Positions 49,649 to 62,565 of a stretch of DNA of 64,000 nt are shown here, one piece after another. The stretch's first letter is position 1. Each line of letters starts with the position of its first letter. The DNA comes from Takakia lepidozioides (taxonomy: Eukaryota; Plantae; Bryophyta), in NCBI GenBank assembly GCA_030704615.1, contig CM060734.1, positions 19,778,001 to 19,842,000 of the forward strand, read 5' to 3'. The translations under genes and the position numbers were made by a program. The notes under the pieces were generated by a model, which worked only from the letters and a program-made list of their open reading frames with translations, searched no databases and had not been told where the DNA came from.

Positions 49649-51176
49649 CTACAAGTTTCTATCCATCCTCCAGCAATTTTTGGGCTCAGGCCAATTGAAT
49701 AGCCCCGTCATGAAACGCTTCACAATATTTTCTAGTTTGTACCGCAACTCTACTGTGTTTACACACAAGTTTTCCAGAGCCGAAGCAAAACAGGTTCCAG
49801 TAGACATATCGTTGAACAGGCTTGCATCGAACGTGTTACCCCCATTTATTGCCTAGGCTATCTTCCCAATTGCAAAGGTCTCTGATGACATGGTTAGAGG
49901 GGGCCTACAAGGTGTGCCATTTGACTGGTTGTTGGTTACATTATGAACAATTGCAATTTCAGGTGCAATCCACCATCTATGTGCGAGAGTCTTTATCATC
50001 TTGTCTCTGCTCTCGAAAATGTACAACGTGGTTTTTGGGTCATCCGTCGCGGAGGCCATCCCCCGATCGCATACCCCGATGTACACATCTTCAGCCCCTT
50101 GTGGAAAATGCAACAAGATGTTGTCGGGGGACATGTCGTTGTGCAAGACGTGGTGATTATGGACATTGAGCATGATGTGCAAAAGCGCCCATGCCAATTG
50201 GGTGCGATTATGTCGGAATCGAATCAGACGGTTGACCTACTGCATTTCCTGCTCCATCTCCCGTCGTTCCATTAACTCCTTGTTATCCCGATCATTCCCC
50301 CATTTCCTGTCAATACTCAACCATGATCGTATGGTCCCCCCATTCTACCAATGTGTGTAACCTTCATTTCGACGTGGATGCAACGCAAAATACTTTATGA
50401 TGCCGAAATGATGGAACTTTACAACCAACGCCTCATTGTTATGTTGGACTTTGGCAAGCTTAGCATTTGTTTCCCTGGGCGTTTTCCCTGCTAGCTCCCA
50501 GGATGGAGGAATGAATTGATTCCCAACAATTCTAACCCTCCGAATTGTACCATACCCTCCCTGTTTGGGCGCATCGAGTTGTTGTACCTGTGCGTTTGTG
50601 GATATGTATCTCACGTTCAATGCCGCATCCGCGGACGAGGACCTTGCCTTCCATGGGAGTGGTTTCGTACGTCGTTTGTCGTGGGCCTTTGTCATGTCAG
50701 ACCACCAATCCACAAACACAAACAACTCCTCCTTTGAAGTTGGCATGCGACCTTCAGCTACAGGTGTTCTCGTAACAAACTTGTCCATGATTTGCCTCAG
50801 ATTCCATGTGGCATCATGGGCTCGGTCCTCCATCCATTTCGTGAACTGGAACTTTGCTCTGTCCTCCTCCCATTCATCCCCGGGAACATCGACATTGTGC
50901 GTTTGAATCCTCCCTCATTTTCATCTCCATATTGTGCTGGAATCTAAGGAACCCCTCATTCGCATGTCGGACATACAAAAGATTCAAACGCATTATGTCA
51001 TTGTCCTTCAAATAATCCAGCACTACTTGCTTCACCACCTTTGCGGCCTCTGCGCTTGGATAGTTTTTTTTGTTGACCTGACTATCCCGTTCATGTGCAT
51101 GTTTACGCTTCCTACCTTTACACCCACTTCCTGAGGAACCCCTGACACTGCGTTCGAAGCAATATTTCCGGACATG
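49649..51176 (-). pseudogene. Apparently intronless Ser/Thr protein kinase-like pseudogene
   Basis: QGGYGTIRRV, LAGK, HNDMSPDNILL, DRG (DFG position), APE. Internal stops and frameshifts. Confidence 0.8.
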
Positions 51177-51539
51177 ATGAAAGTACTATGCGGAATAGAC
51201 GCGGTTTCGTAACGGAAAACTAAACCCAGACTATTGATAACCTTATATATTAGTAGACCAATTCCTCACCTTCTATTGGAAAAGTACCCAAAGCAAACTG
51301 TCTCCCGCAGTCCCAGGAAAAAAAGACAAAAACTCCTCCCCCACACAAATCCACTTTCTCCCCCTCCCCCTACGGCTCAGTCCTGGCTACCGAAGTGGAA
51401 ACTCCAAGAAGCCCCAGAACCGCACTCACAGAGAGGAAAAAAGTGGGTTGGGAATGAGGGGTAGGCCTTTATATACTGCCTGGAGAGGCCTGCCTTGAGC
51501 GGCGCGCGACCGCCTCTGCTGCCCATTCACGCCTCGCCA

Positions 51540-51707
51540 CGTGTTCAGGTAGCGGTCGCACCTATGGGTGGTCGCATTTAATAACAAAACAAAAAAAGTG
51601 CTGCGACACCACCCCCCCCCCCCCCCGCCGGTGGTCGCACCTTTTTAAAAACAAAACGAAAATGTGCGACCCCCCATAAGCGGTCGCACTTGAGTATTAG
51701 AGTAGTG
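51540..51707. mobile_element. CACTA-type right terminus (..GAGTAGTG) with GTCGCA/TGCGAC subterminal repeats
   Basis: TAGTG at 51703-51707 preceded by several GGTCGCA/TGCGAC motifs. Confidence 0.55.
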
Positions 51708-52327
51708 GTTGTAGGCTCTTTTAACCCCCACAATTCAAAGTAATTTCATTCATCTTAACAAAGTCGAAGGCTCTTAAGGTCCTCCGAAGTCATTGAGAGA
51801 CCGTTCCACAAGCATGGGTTTAGTGGAGAAGACCCGAACAATAATCTGCTTTGGAAAGATTCTAAGACCATTATTGAGACATCAGAGAGATTTAGACGTG
51901 AGGTTTCCATTAGTTATTCGATGAAATCCCTAGAAAGCTTGGTTACAAAAAATTGTGGAGTTGGAGAATGATATTACATTGAAAGAGTTACAATTTAAAC
52001 ACTTCAAGATGCAAATGAAGAGTTTGAAAGAGGTACAAAACTTATTTGAGTTAGATTTTTAATTTCAAAGCATTATTTTTTTATGATCTATTATTTTTAT
52101 TGAGATGGATAAAAATACAACATTTATCATTAACTGCTTTGTTGCAGGGTGATATATTTGAAATACCTACAGTCTATTTTTCTCTCTGCCTACGGCCAGA
52201 TGTTGGAACTTACAAGATATAGATTTTCTACACATTTTTACGACGTATTTTTATGCATTTGATATATAATATGATGGGACGGAATGTTGTGGTATGCATT
52301 TGTTGCTAACACATGCATGTTTTATTT

Positions 52328-52757
52328 GCTCTGATACCACTTGTAAAGGATCTGACTACAAAATTTCAGGCGCTTTGCTTGGTTTGCTATTCACAGGGAA
52401 TTTACCAAAACTCCAAGGAAAACTGATTGCTCGGGATTTTGTTTCAACCGGACTCTCATCTATATCTGAATTCCAGCCAAGGCCCTATTCTTATTCCACT
52501 TCCCTCATTTACAAATTCACAGATCGATCAAGTGATCGTCACTCCTACTCTGGCCTGATTCCTTGTTCAAAAGATCTCTCTGTCAACCTATGTACTCATC
52601 TCATGCCATTCTATCTATGCACAGTACTGGACTACGATGTCCAGTCCGCCCCTCCACCACACCGTGCATCAACACATTCTATCACCATAGACCAGTGCAG
52701 ATCGATCATTTTTCTTCTTCTCACGACCTCTTTTTCTGCTCACCAAAAAGCACAACA
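52328..52757 (-). mobile_element. LTR retrotransposon remnant: tRNA-Met PBS plus one LTR
   Basis: GCTCTGATACCA (reverse complement of PBS TGGTATCAGAGC) at 52328-52339; TG..CA segment 52342-52757. Absent from the duplicate at ~55700. Confidence 0.7.
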
Positions 52758-54499
52758 CCGGCTGGATTTGGATTTCAAATATGATTGGTGAGGTAAGGAT
52801 TGGAGGGGAATAACAAATGGATATTGGCAGTCGCACGCTTTAAAAAAGAAAAAAGAAAACATGGGACTGCCAATATTAACAGTCGCACGTATTTGGAAAA
52901 AAGAAAAACATGCGACCGCCAATAATGACAGTCGCATGTATTTATAAATAAAATAAAATAATGTGACTCTAATATTGGTGGTCGTATGCATTTGTTTAAA
53001 AACAAATGTTGTGACTGTCGATATTAACAGTCGCAGATATTTAAAAATAAAAATAAATGTGATTGCCGTTGTTGGCGGTCGCTTATATATATTTTTAGAT
53101 GCGTGTAATCGCCAATTATTGGCGGTTGCATGTATTTATTTAATTACATGTGACCGTTCTATTATGACGATAACATGTATTTTATTTATTTTTAAATTAC
53201 ACGTGATCGTCAATTACTGGTGGTGGCATATATATATATATATATATATATGATCACCAAATTATGACGGTCGTATGTATGTATGTATTTATTTATTATG
53301 TACTGGTGATCGTACATATTTATAATTACTAATTATATACGATTGCCACAAATATGCGACCGTATGAATAGACATTACAACTATGGAAAATGCAGGTGAT
53401 GATAATCCTATTTTGTTGCTTGAAACTCTTGCATTGGAAGATTAGGTGGCTGCAGCTGGCTTGTGGAAGAGGAGGAGGCAGAATATCTGTGTGATAGCCA
53501 AATTAGTCTGTCGTTGGGAATTTGTCCAAGTATTTATCGTGTTGGGCATAGATGAAGGACCAACCGCGGTCAAGACGTATTAAGGGAGAGTGATAGAATA
53601 CGGTGGTGCTCCCCATAGTTGGAGAGCATCGTAGTTAGCATGCTAGTGAAGAGTTTATATATGGTGTTAGCTAAGATTATGCCAAGGAGCTGTCATACTG
53701 GGAAAAGAATGGCTCCGCAATTAAGGAGGTCCTTAGGATGGCTAACCCTGAAGATGACCAACCTGCTTCTACTCAGAAATCTTCCAACACTTCAGATAAT
53801 GATTTTATTCCATCTGTAGGTAACCACCATATCTTAGGGCATATGGTGTTGCATGACAGTGAAAATGAAGGAGTCAGGGAGTTTTGTGAGCAAGTGGAGC
53901 TCTCACAAGTGGAGCAAGACCATGCTGCAGGTGCCACTCCAGGTAACTTGCAATGTATGCCATGGATGCCTCCCCATGCTGTGGAACTGGAAATTGCTAA
54001 TAATGAATACATGATGTGGCACCCCCTTGCTAATATCAATTTGCTGGCACCCATTTCAGTGGAAATGTTGGTCAAATGGGGTAATATCACACCTGTTGAA
54101 CGCAACAGATGTGCACAAGATGCCAATGATGGATTTCAGAGATTAAAAAAGGAGTCAATTGCTCTGTCTTGGTCTCTAAGAACATTCTATCACAAACTAT
54201 GTGATAAATGTGGGAATCTGACCTTAAGGACCAAGAATAATCTACCCACTGACTAACTCCTGAGGTGTCCATTGCTTCTTGTAATCTACCATACATCATG
54301 GAGATTTACAAATTATAGAAGAAGAAAAATATCGATGGATTACAAATACGCACAATTATGTTTTCAGCGAGACTGCTAGTCTGCTCACATGTGTATTATG
54401 AATCTTCTACCTCTTGTAAAAGATTGGGTCAAGGCAAGACTAGAAACTTTTGAAAGATTTTACAAAGTCTCCACGTCTATGTATTAGATCATAGATATC

Positions 54500-54800
54500 A
54501 TCACAGACTTTACATTTAAGACAAAAGTGAATGGTAATGACTTATTGGATTTGACGTAAGATGATCTAAAAGACTTCGGTGTGAGAGTCATCAGACATGT
54601 CAAATATTTAATAAACTGGATTGATCGCTATAATCACAGTCCCTTATTTCGATGAAAGATAAGATGATAGTCTAAATGCATACTGTCTAATTAGAGAAGA
54701 CAATTTCTTCAACCTTCAATCCATTGTCATGTAATAACGACAAAGTCACAACACCCTTTTTATGTGGAGAGGTTGGAGTCGGCGAAACATGCTATTTGAT
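54500..54800 (+). pseudogene. Degenerate SAM domain followed by possible P-loop remnant
   Basis: FKTKVNGNDLLDLT*DDLKDFGVRVIRHVKYLINWI; downstream FLCGEVGVGET. Confidence 0.5.
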
Positions 54801-56629
54801 TTACCTCCTACAAGTCATGATCCTCCACTTTCAATTGAACGAATTTGAAAAGAAAAAACCAACTGATGCTCCAACATAATTTGGTAGCACATAATTTATT
54901 TGGCCATAAATATCTCCGAGAGTTTTATCTTATGCAACATCGAACTTTCTCCGAGAGTTTTATCTTGTGCAATACCGAACCTTTAACACCAATATGCCAT
55001 GTAATAATTTCGAAATCACAACATCCTCTTTATGTGGAAAGATTTAGTTGGCATCTGAATAACTTTGGAGGACATTGAGAGTTTTCGACTTTGTGAAGAT
55101 GATGGAAATTAATTTGAGTTGTGAAGGTTAAAAGAGCCTACAACCCCTACCCGGATCACTCAACGATACCACGAATTATTCCACAAGCATGAACTTAGTG
55201 CACAAGACCCGAACAATAATCTACTTTGAAAAGTTCTAAGGCCATTGTTAAAATATCAGATAAATTTGGATGTGAGGTTCCCATATCATTTATTCGATCA
55301 AATCCCTACAGGGCCTGGTCAGAAAGAATCGTGGAGCTGAGGAAATATATTATATTGAAATAATTGTTTGCTTCTAACGGACAACAATTTAAACACTAAA
55401 TCAAGATGCAAATGAAAAGTTTGAAAAAAATATAAAGCATGTTTTGAGTTAGATTTTTTATTTCAAAAAATATTTCTTATAATCTATTAATATTTTATTG
55501 AGATGAACAAAAATATAACATTAACTGATTTTTGCAAGGTGATATATTTGAAATGCCCACAATCTATCTACCCCTATCTCTATAGTCAAATGGTGGGACT
55601 TACAAGGTTTTTTTTATAGCATATTTTTGATGCATTTGATATATAATTTGATGGGACGGAATGTTGTGGTATGCATTTATTGCTAACATGCATGTTTCAT
55701 TTGTATTTTGATTTCAATACGATTGGTGGGGTGGGGATTGGAGGAAATAACAAGTGGATACTGGCGGTCGCACCCATTTTTAAAAAATGAAAAAGCATGC
55801 GACCGTAAATATTGACGGTCGCACGTATTTGAAAAAAAAAACATGCGAGCACCAATATTGGCAATCGCATGCATTTATAAATAAAATAAAATTATGTGAC
55901 GGAAAATGCTACAACCACTGATATTGACGTTCGTAGATATTTAAAAATAAAGACAAATATGACCGCCGTTATTGGCGGTCACTCCTAATTTTCTTTAGAT
56001 GCATGCAATGGCCAAGTTCTGACGGTCGTATGTATTTCTTTATTTTTTAACTAAATATAACCGTCTTATTATGGCGGTCGCATGTATTTCGTTATCTTTT
56101 AATTACATACGACCGTCAATTACTAATGGTCGCATGTATTTATTCATTTTTTAATTACATGCGACTGCCAAATTAATGAGATCATATATATATATAGTAC
56201 ACGCGACCTCCAGTATTGGAGGTTGCACCTATTTTTTGGTTATTTACTAATTTCATGCGACCGTTAGAAATATGCGACCGTATGAATATCGGCGGTCGCA
56301 TATTTATTTTTCATCATGTATTTGTCACCGCCACCGTGTCTGTAACGTGGCTGCTGAAGTGAGACATTTTTTACTTTATTTTTTAAATTAATATATCCGT
56401 AAAACCGACGTGACGCAGGTCCGGTTAGCGTCCGGTCTCACGCGACCTGACATGACGCTAATAACCCTGTTATCCTCGCTATCACAAAATATTACATCTT
56501 CTGTCGATGTGGATTTATTTGAATACCTGTCAATATTGCCTCTACTAGCAATAATGTTATAACATACCCATGACTTTTAGATAGCCTTACTCATATGTCC
56601 ACTCCTTCCTTTATAAGGTGCACTTTGAC

Positions 56630-56760
56630 TCCCTTTGCATCCTCGATGGACCCACATTTTGCATACATGTCCACCAGGGTACTGTTCAGAATGACATTTG
56701 GTACAATTCCAGCTCTGAATATGTCGCCATGGACCCCTTTTCCAGAGCTGCCAGGGCAAT
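56630..56760 (-). pseudogene. PLS-class PPR repeat fragment
   Basis: LAALEKG / VHGDIFRAGIVPNVILNSTLVDMYAKCGSIEDA, with a frameshift. Confidence 0.8.
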
Positions 56761-57326
56761 GTTCAGCCAAGAACCCACATTTGCAAGATAGACAAACTTC
56801 TTCACATCGTACACTAAGAAAAAAAAAGCTGTTATCAGCCACTCAAAGACAGGGGACCGAGCAAATAGCAGCAGAGGCCTGCAGAAACCACTAGAGTAAC
56901 ACGACACACCTAGGAACCCTAAAAACGAGATGACACGAAAGGGAAGAGATGAAAATTAGTAAAATGAGAACAAGAGCTCCGAGAAGAAATAAACCTAAAA
57001 GAGACGAGGCAAAACACCAAAGAAATCTATGAAGCTCGGATTGAACACAACTACGACTACATAAAATGGATCTGCACACACTACGAGGACTACTCCTATC
57101 AAAGAAGAAAGCAACCAACGAGATCGTGATGCCTCCGAAACTCGAAGCAGCCCAAAGAAAACCTAAGTCCCTAAGCCTCTTGCTCGGCGAAGTGCAGAGC
57201 TCTCGAACCACGCGGACCCCAAGAAACACTAAGTCCCAGCCCTGTACAATGCGACCTAGCAACCCTAAATTCGAGCCAACCTTTTGAACTTTTTGAACGT
57301 TTTGCACCCTAACACCGTATAGGCGG

Positions 57327-57584
57327 ATGGATGAACCCATCCATGGGATGAATTCATTCATGTATATGCTTTTAAAATGACACGTGTAGTGATGTAGTTA
57401 TATATATAGAGTTATGAAACAATCTGCAGTCAGGCAGTCATAAGTTTACATGCCATGTCATCGATGGATGAGCTTATCCAATGGATGAATATATTCGTGT
57501 ATGTGCCTTCAAAATGACACGTGTAATAATGTAGTCGTATAAATAGAGCTATGAAACCATCTTCAGTCATGAAGTCATAAGTTT
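57327..57584. repeat. Two-copy ~136-bp tandem repeat
   Basis: ATGGATGA..AAAATGACACGTGTA..AGTCATAAGTTT at 57327 and 57463. Confidence 0.8.
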
Positions 57585-58801
57585 TTATGAAATGTCGTCC
57601 ACGTGTAGTGAAACATATCGCTCTGGCCATATAAACCATCCCTGTCATCGTGGTCAACAATGTTTGACCAACGCCCACTATATTTCCGGAGTCATGTAGT
57701 GATATCCATTATTATTGCCCGTCCAAATGATTTTCGTTCGCTTTGAAACTTGGCCAATGTGTTCAATGTACCTTCTGATACGTCCCAGTGTAATACGAGA
57801 TCAATCGAAAATCGTTCGATTGTCCAATGAGGCGTTCACTTGTCATCTGGTTTTTGTTCAATGATAAAATTATAATGCATTTCATCGCTCTGTAGTCATA
57901 TATTGACTGCTGTTTTTATGACTCCGCAAAAGTCGTGATTTTCTCCATGTTCTAGTTGTGGGTTCCCCTCTAACTTTTGACCAATTGTTGCCTGCCAAGT
58001 GCAGGATATTGTGTCCAAGTTTTAGCATGTAATGACCTATTTTTTATTAATGCCCCTTTGTATGCAATTGCTTAGGGGTACCCATGGATAAAAAGAACAA
58101 GATTTTTGCTTGAATGCAACTAGCAGCAAAAAATTTGCATGAAAAGAAAAATTTCGATGGTGAATAGATGCTAGGTAAGAATACAAAAAAATTCCACTAA
58201 TTCACACTTGAAATTTTCAAGTTTGGCTTAGGGGATGTAGCATAGAGTGAATTGTCCATGTGTCCTGGCCCCATGCGCTCATTGGTCCACGTCATGTAGT
58301 CAACACCGTCAAAACTTGAACACCACACAAAATATGCACTTTTCACACATGTCCAAAATTCTAGGGGGCTTTCTAGTAATCTAAATGGCAGGGGATTTGG
58401 TGCATTCAATAGCTGCTAGTGACCCAAAATGGGTCGCATCGTCCTTTAGGGGTTAATATAAAGTTGTGACATGCAATGTCCTTCACCATTTTTATGTATC
58501 TTTTACTTCAAGCACATGTGAGTGCTACCTATATTTAAACTGCCTTCAACTAATTAGAGTGTGGCAGATAATGAATTTAAGGTTTATAACTTCAGTTAAC
58601 TCAAACAACCTAGATTGAACTTGAGTGGTGTAGGTTTAAAATTGGTCAATTTAGTGGTACAGTTTCCAACTAAAGTAGTCAAATGGTTCACGTTTGACTC
58701 TTGAATGCACTTAAGTGCATTGAATTCTAAGCCAAAAATAAAATCATTACGCCCCTCAAATCCGCAATAAAATTGAATAAATTTCAGTATTTAACTTAAG
58801 T

Positions 58802-59041
58802 GGCTGCACATCAGCTGGTAAGTGCACAGTGTGTCGCCCTGGTGGTTCGGGGTTCAAACCCGCTGCCCTGCCTAGTGTGTGGATTGTTTGTGACCGGCTG
58901 GTCTGGTGGTGACGTTTCCCACCTGTGTGCCTAATGGCTTATCTGAAAGGGGGTTAATTTTCCCCCCTCCTCAAGGGCCTGAATTGTGAGCAGTCGCTCC
59001 CAGGTTTCCTTTTAGAAAAAAAAAAAGAAAAGAAAAGAAAA
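58802..59041 (+). mobile_element. tRNA-derived SINE
   Basis: A-box-like CATCAGCTGGTAA, B-box GGTTCAAACC (58851-58860), ~150-bp body, A-rich tail. No clean TSD. Confidence 0.7.
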
Positions 59042-60148
59042 GCTTATAATAAGTTTTAAGATTGAGTCAATTAAAGTGAACTTGATTACAACTTTAAATT
59101 TGACTCGAAATAAACTCCTTAAACTATTGATTTTAAAAATTTCATTGTGTTTGGTTTAAATTTAAACTTTGATTTAGTTATTAATTTTTTATTTTTAAAA
59201 AAAAAGACTTGAGGTGGTTGTAAGCTCGAACATATGTTATTTTTAGGACGTTGAACTTGAGTGGCTACAACTAGAGTGACCAATGTTGTCTTTCCACCCA
59301 ATAGCTTGGTTGTTTTATTTCAACTAGTTTTGTTTTTAATACTCATTTTTGTTTGTACCATATATCGTAAAGAATTCTGAATTATGGATGTTAAAATTGA
59401 GAAAAAGGTTTGAGTGACCATCTTCTTAGATGATATGATACACAAAGCAAGGATTTAAACCATGAAGCCTCTCATTTTACAATAATTGGGACGTTATGGC
59501 ACACGCGCGAGTTGACCGGTGGGCCCCGTGCACGGACGCCCGGCTCCCCCCACCCGGACCCCCCGCCCGCCGCTGCGCGCGTTCGCCCACTTGCTGCCGC
59601 GGCCCACCAGCCGCGCCCGTGGCAGCCCCGCCCGCGCTCCGCCGCGCCCCCAGTCCGGCATGGCAAGTCCGCCCGCCAGTCCTCTGCCCGTGAGTCCAGT
59701 TCCCCTCAGTCCGCCAAACCGCCAGTCTGCTATGCACGCCAGTCCGCTGTGCCAGTCCCCGCAAGTCCACCCAACAGTCCGCTGTGCCCGTTTGCTGCCC
59801 CCCAGTCTGCCAGTCTGCCAGTCCGCGCCGGCCGAAGGATCTGGATCGTCCATTCTGAGAAACCCATCCGCGCCATCCATGCCAGTCCGCTGTGCCAGTC
59901 CCGGCCAGTCCACCCAACAGTGTGACCGCCAGTCCGCCGCCCATGAGTCCGCTTTCGTCCAGTCCACTAATGATGCCGCATCTGGACCGTCCGTTCATAA
60001 ATGCCATCTGAGCCCTCCATTTTTAGGGCATGAATTGAAACCTTATCCCTGCCGCCTGCCACATGCCAGCAGCCGCGAACGTGCGCACTGATGCTCCTTG
60101 CACGTTGTCCATCGTGTCCAGGCATGGGTAGCAACAACGCTCTGATGC

Positions 60149-61197
60149 ATGAGAAAGAAATATCCGAATGGGCATGAATTTTTGGACTACATCGATAAGG
60201 AATGGCGTCCTAAAATAGCAATGTGGTGTACAACAGCTCGCCATGTTCCGCATGCCAGTCAAGACACCAATGCTAGCATTGAGGCATACCATGGAAACTT
60301 GAAGGCAAGACTGAGGATGGGGAAAGGCAAAATGACTGGGCGTAGAGTGGATTGGCTCATATGGGAACTCACAGGCTGTGTGCTAACACACTACTGGTAT
60401 GCAATTCACCTAAAGACGCACAGATTCATAAGGAATGACAAACATGAGAAGTACATGTCCAGTTCTGTGCTTGCGGCACGCGATATCCCAGCTTGCAATG
60501 TCACTCTTCCGTTCCATCCTGGGCAACCAGCCTATGTTCTAAGCACCAATCACCCAAACACAATTTACATTGTTTACAACCCCGGATGCGAATGGGCTTC
60601 TCGCACTTGCCCATGGGCAATGAAGGGCAATTTGTGCAAGCATCAAGTCCGAGTCCTAAAGTTGCTTCATCCACACTTGCAGGATGGACTCATAGTGCGC
60701 GCTTGTGACACGACGCTGGGAACCATTCATGGAGGATTGCATAATGTGTTTAGGGTTCATGCAAGTGTCGGCGACGAAGAGGGTTTGGGAAATGCAACAG
60801 AGGGCCCTTCCACAGATGACTTCCCCTATGATGCGGAGCCTGTCCTCGTACCATCCTCCATGGATGAAGAATTTGCAGACATACTTCGCATTGTTGGGGA
60901 CAACAAATACCTGCATAAACATGTGTTGTCTTCTCTTCGTATATGTAGGGGCAGCTTGTTGATATTCTCGCCAAGAGTGCTGCAGGAATGCTGCACCTTG
61001 CGGCAGCAAAGAGCTTCCGTTTTGTAAATGACAACAACAATATGTCGTTGAAAAGGAAACGGGATTTTGTTGAGGCATGGAAAACGCGACCTAGGGTCTT
61101 ATGCAAAACAGGGAAGAGGGTTGGTGCCCCAACACCTGCAGCACACATATACTCCACAATCCAAAGAGTCGCAGACCGTATACCAGTTTTAAAGTAG
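60149..61197 (+). pseudogene. C-terminal part of a MULE/SWIM transposase (5' part deleted)
   Basis: FLDYIDKEW..W..DTNASIEAYH..LK..RRVDWLI; degenerate SWIM RTCPW..GNLCKH; frameshift near 60960. Confidence 0.8.
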
Positions 61198-62565
61198 AGT
61201 AGGAAATGTAAGAAATGGTACAATATCATTCTCCCCATGAAATAAAATTTTGGCGGTATGATTGCATGTGCACTAGACGTCCAACCTGCCTGCCAACCAG
61301 CCTGGTAAACCAGTCTTCTGGCGTCTGAACCAGTCTGCTCAACCACTCTTCTGGTATTTGAACTAGTCTGTTGTACCAAGCTGGGACTCAGTCTTCAAAC
61401 AGTCTGCTGTGCCAGCCTTCTCCTGAGCAGACCAGTCTCCCGGTTCTGAACGTGCCTGCACCTGGCTGACCAGTGAGCCTCATGCGGTTTGCCCATCAGA
61501 CTGGCCATTCTCAGCACGGTGGACTCTCATTACTCTGCTGACCAGACTTGGCAGTCTACTGGCCAATGCCATCCGCCTGTACTATACCACTCCGGTGACT
61601 CTCGACAGTCTGCTCACCAGTGCAGACTCATGGTTCCCAATCGCATCTGCCAGTCTGCCGGACTGGTCCCAACTCCTCAGTCTGTTGGACTCTCGTTAGT
61701 CTGGCGACATTGCCATTTGTCTGCTCACAAGCCTAGGCATACCCTCTTCCCGTACTCTGGCAGTCTGCCGACTCTCAGCTGTTTGCTGACCAGTGGACTC
61801 CCTTGCAGTCCACTCAGCAGACCACTCCAATTGCCTCTCCAGCAGACTCTATAGACTCCCACACTGCACAGGTCCCACTACACTCAGCCGACTCGGCAGA
61901 GTCACGACTCAGCAGACTGAGCAGGCGAGAGGCAGGTGTGAACGTAGTGACGTCATTCAAAAGACTGGCCCAACAGAATAGACTGGGTATGCGAGATCTT
62001 ACTCCTCCACAATCGAAACAATTATATGATGGCAGTCTTTTATGTCTTTGCCGAGCCAAGGGACGCTCCAGCAAGAATGCAGATACTCCACTAGCCTTTC
62101 CCGTGGCCCGTCCCAATGTGTCATCATACGAGACCACGTTGAGGCTGGCAGAAGAGCAACAGTACTTGAGTACTTGTCTTCAACCGTCTTCTCATAGAAA
62201 CGACACCAGAGCTCCAGCATTCTATCTGTGCACTCCGACTCCACCGTCTCAAGTGGCTTCAAGTCCGGAGGCCCGATGGAGCACTCATACTGGGGGTCGC
62301 CTTCATAAAAGTGAACCATGCAATTGCTGGCCGCGACATTCCGTCGCAGGGCCGCGGCAAAACGAGAACCCAACCTGCACACAGACCACAACCTTGTGTG
62401 AAAACCCATGTACGCAACGGTCTGAGCGGACTGACTCCATTCAACAGACTGCCCATACCGAGCGGATTGAGTGGACTCGCTAGACTCACCAGACCGAGCG
62501 GACTGAGCAGACTCACACTTCTGAGCAGACTGGAGTGACCAAACTCAGCAGACTGGGAGGACTAC

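Larger units (their letters stand above)
51805..56300. repeat. Diverged direct duplication (~51805-53370 vs ~55180-56290), AT-rich with GTCGCA motif clusters
   Basis: TTCCACAAGCATG..AAGACCCGAACAATAATCT and GATGGGACGGAATGTTGTGGTATGCATT occur in both copies. Confidence 0.8.

Noticed and set aside
31616-51707. One CACTA element from CACTA (31616) to TAGTG (51707)
   Set aside because: TIRs differ after 5 bp, subterminal motifs differ (CCACGG vs GTCGCA) and flanks differ (TTT vs GTT).
53738-54256. 172-aa ORF
   Set aside because: No recognisable motif; cannot support a product call.
58430-58456. piggyBac-like end (..TTTAGGGG|TTAA)
   Set aside because: No matching partner terminus or transposase found.
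58802-58870. Functional tRNA gene
   Set aside because: No convincing acceptor or anticodon stems; followed by a body and A-tail as in SINEs.
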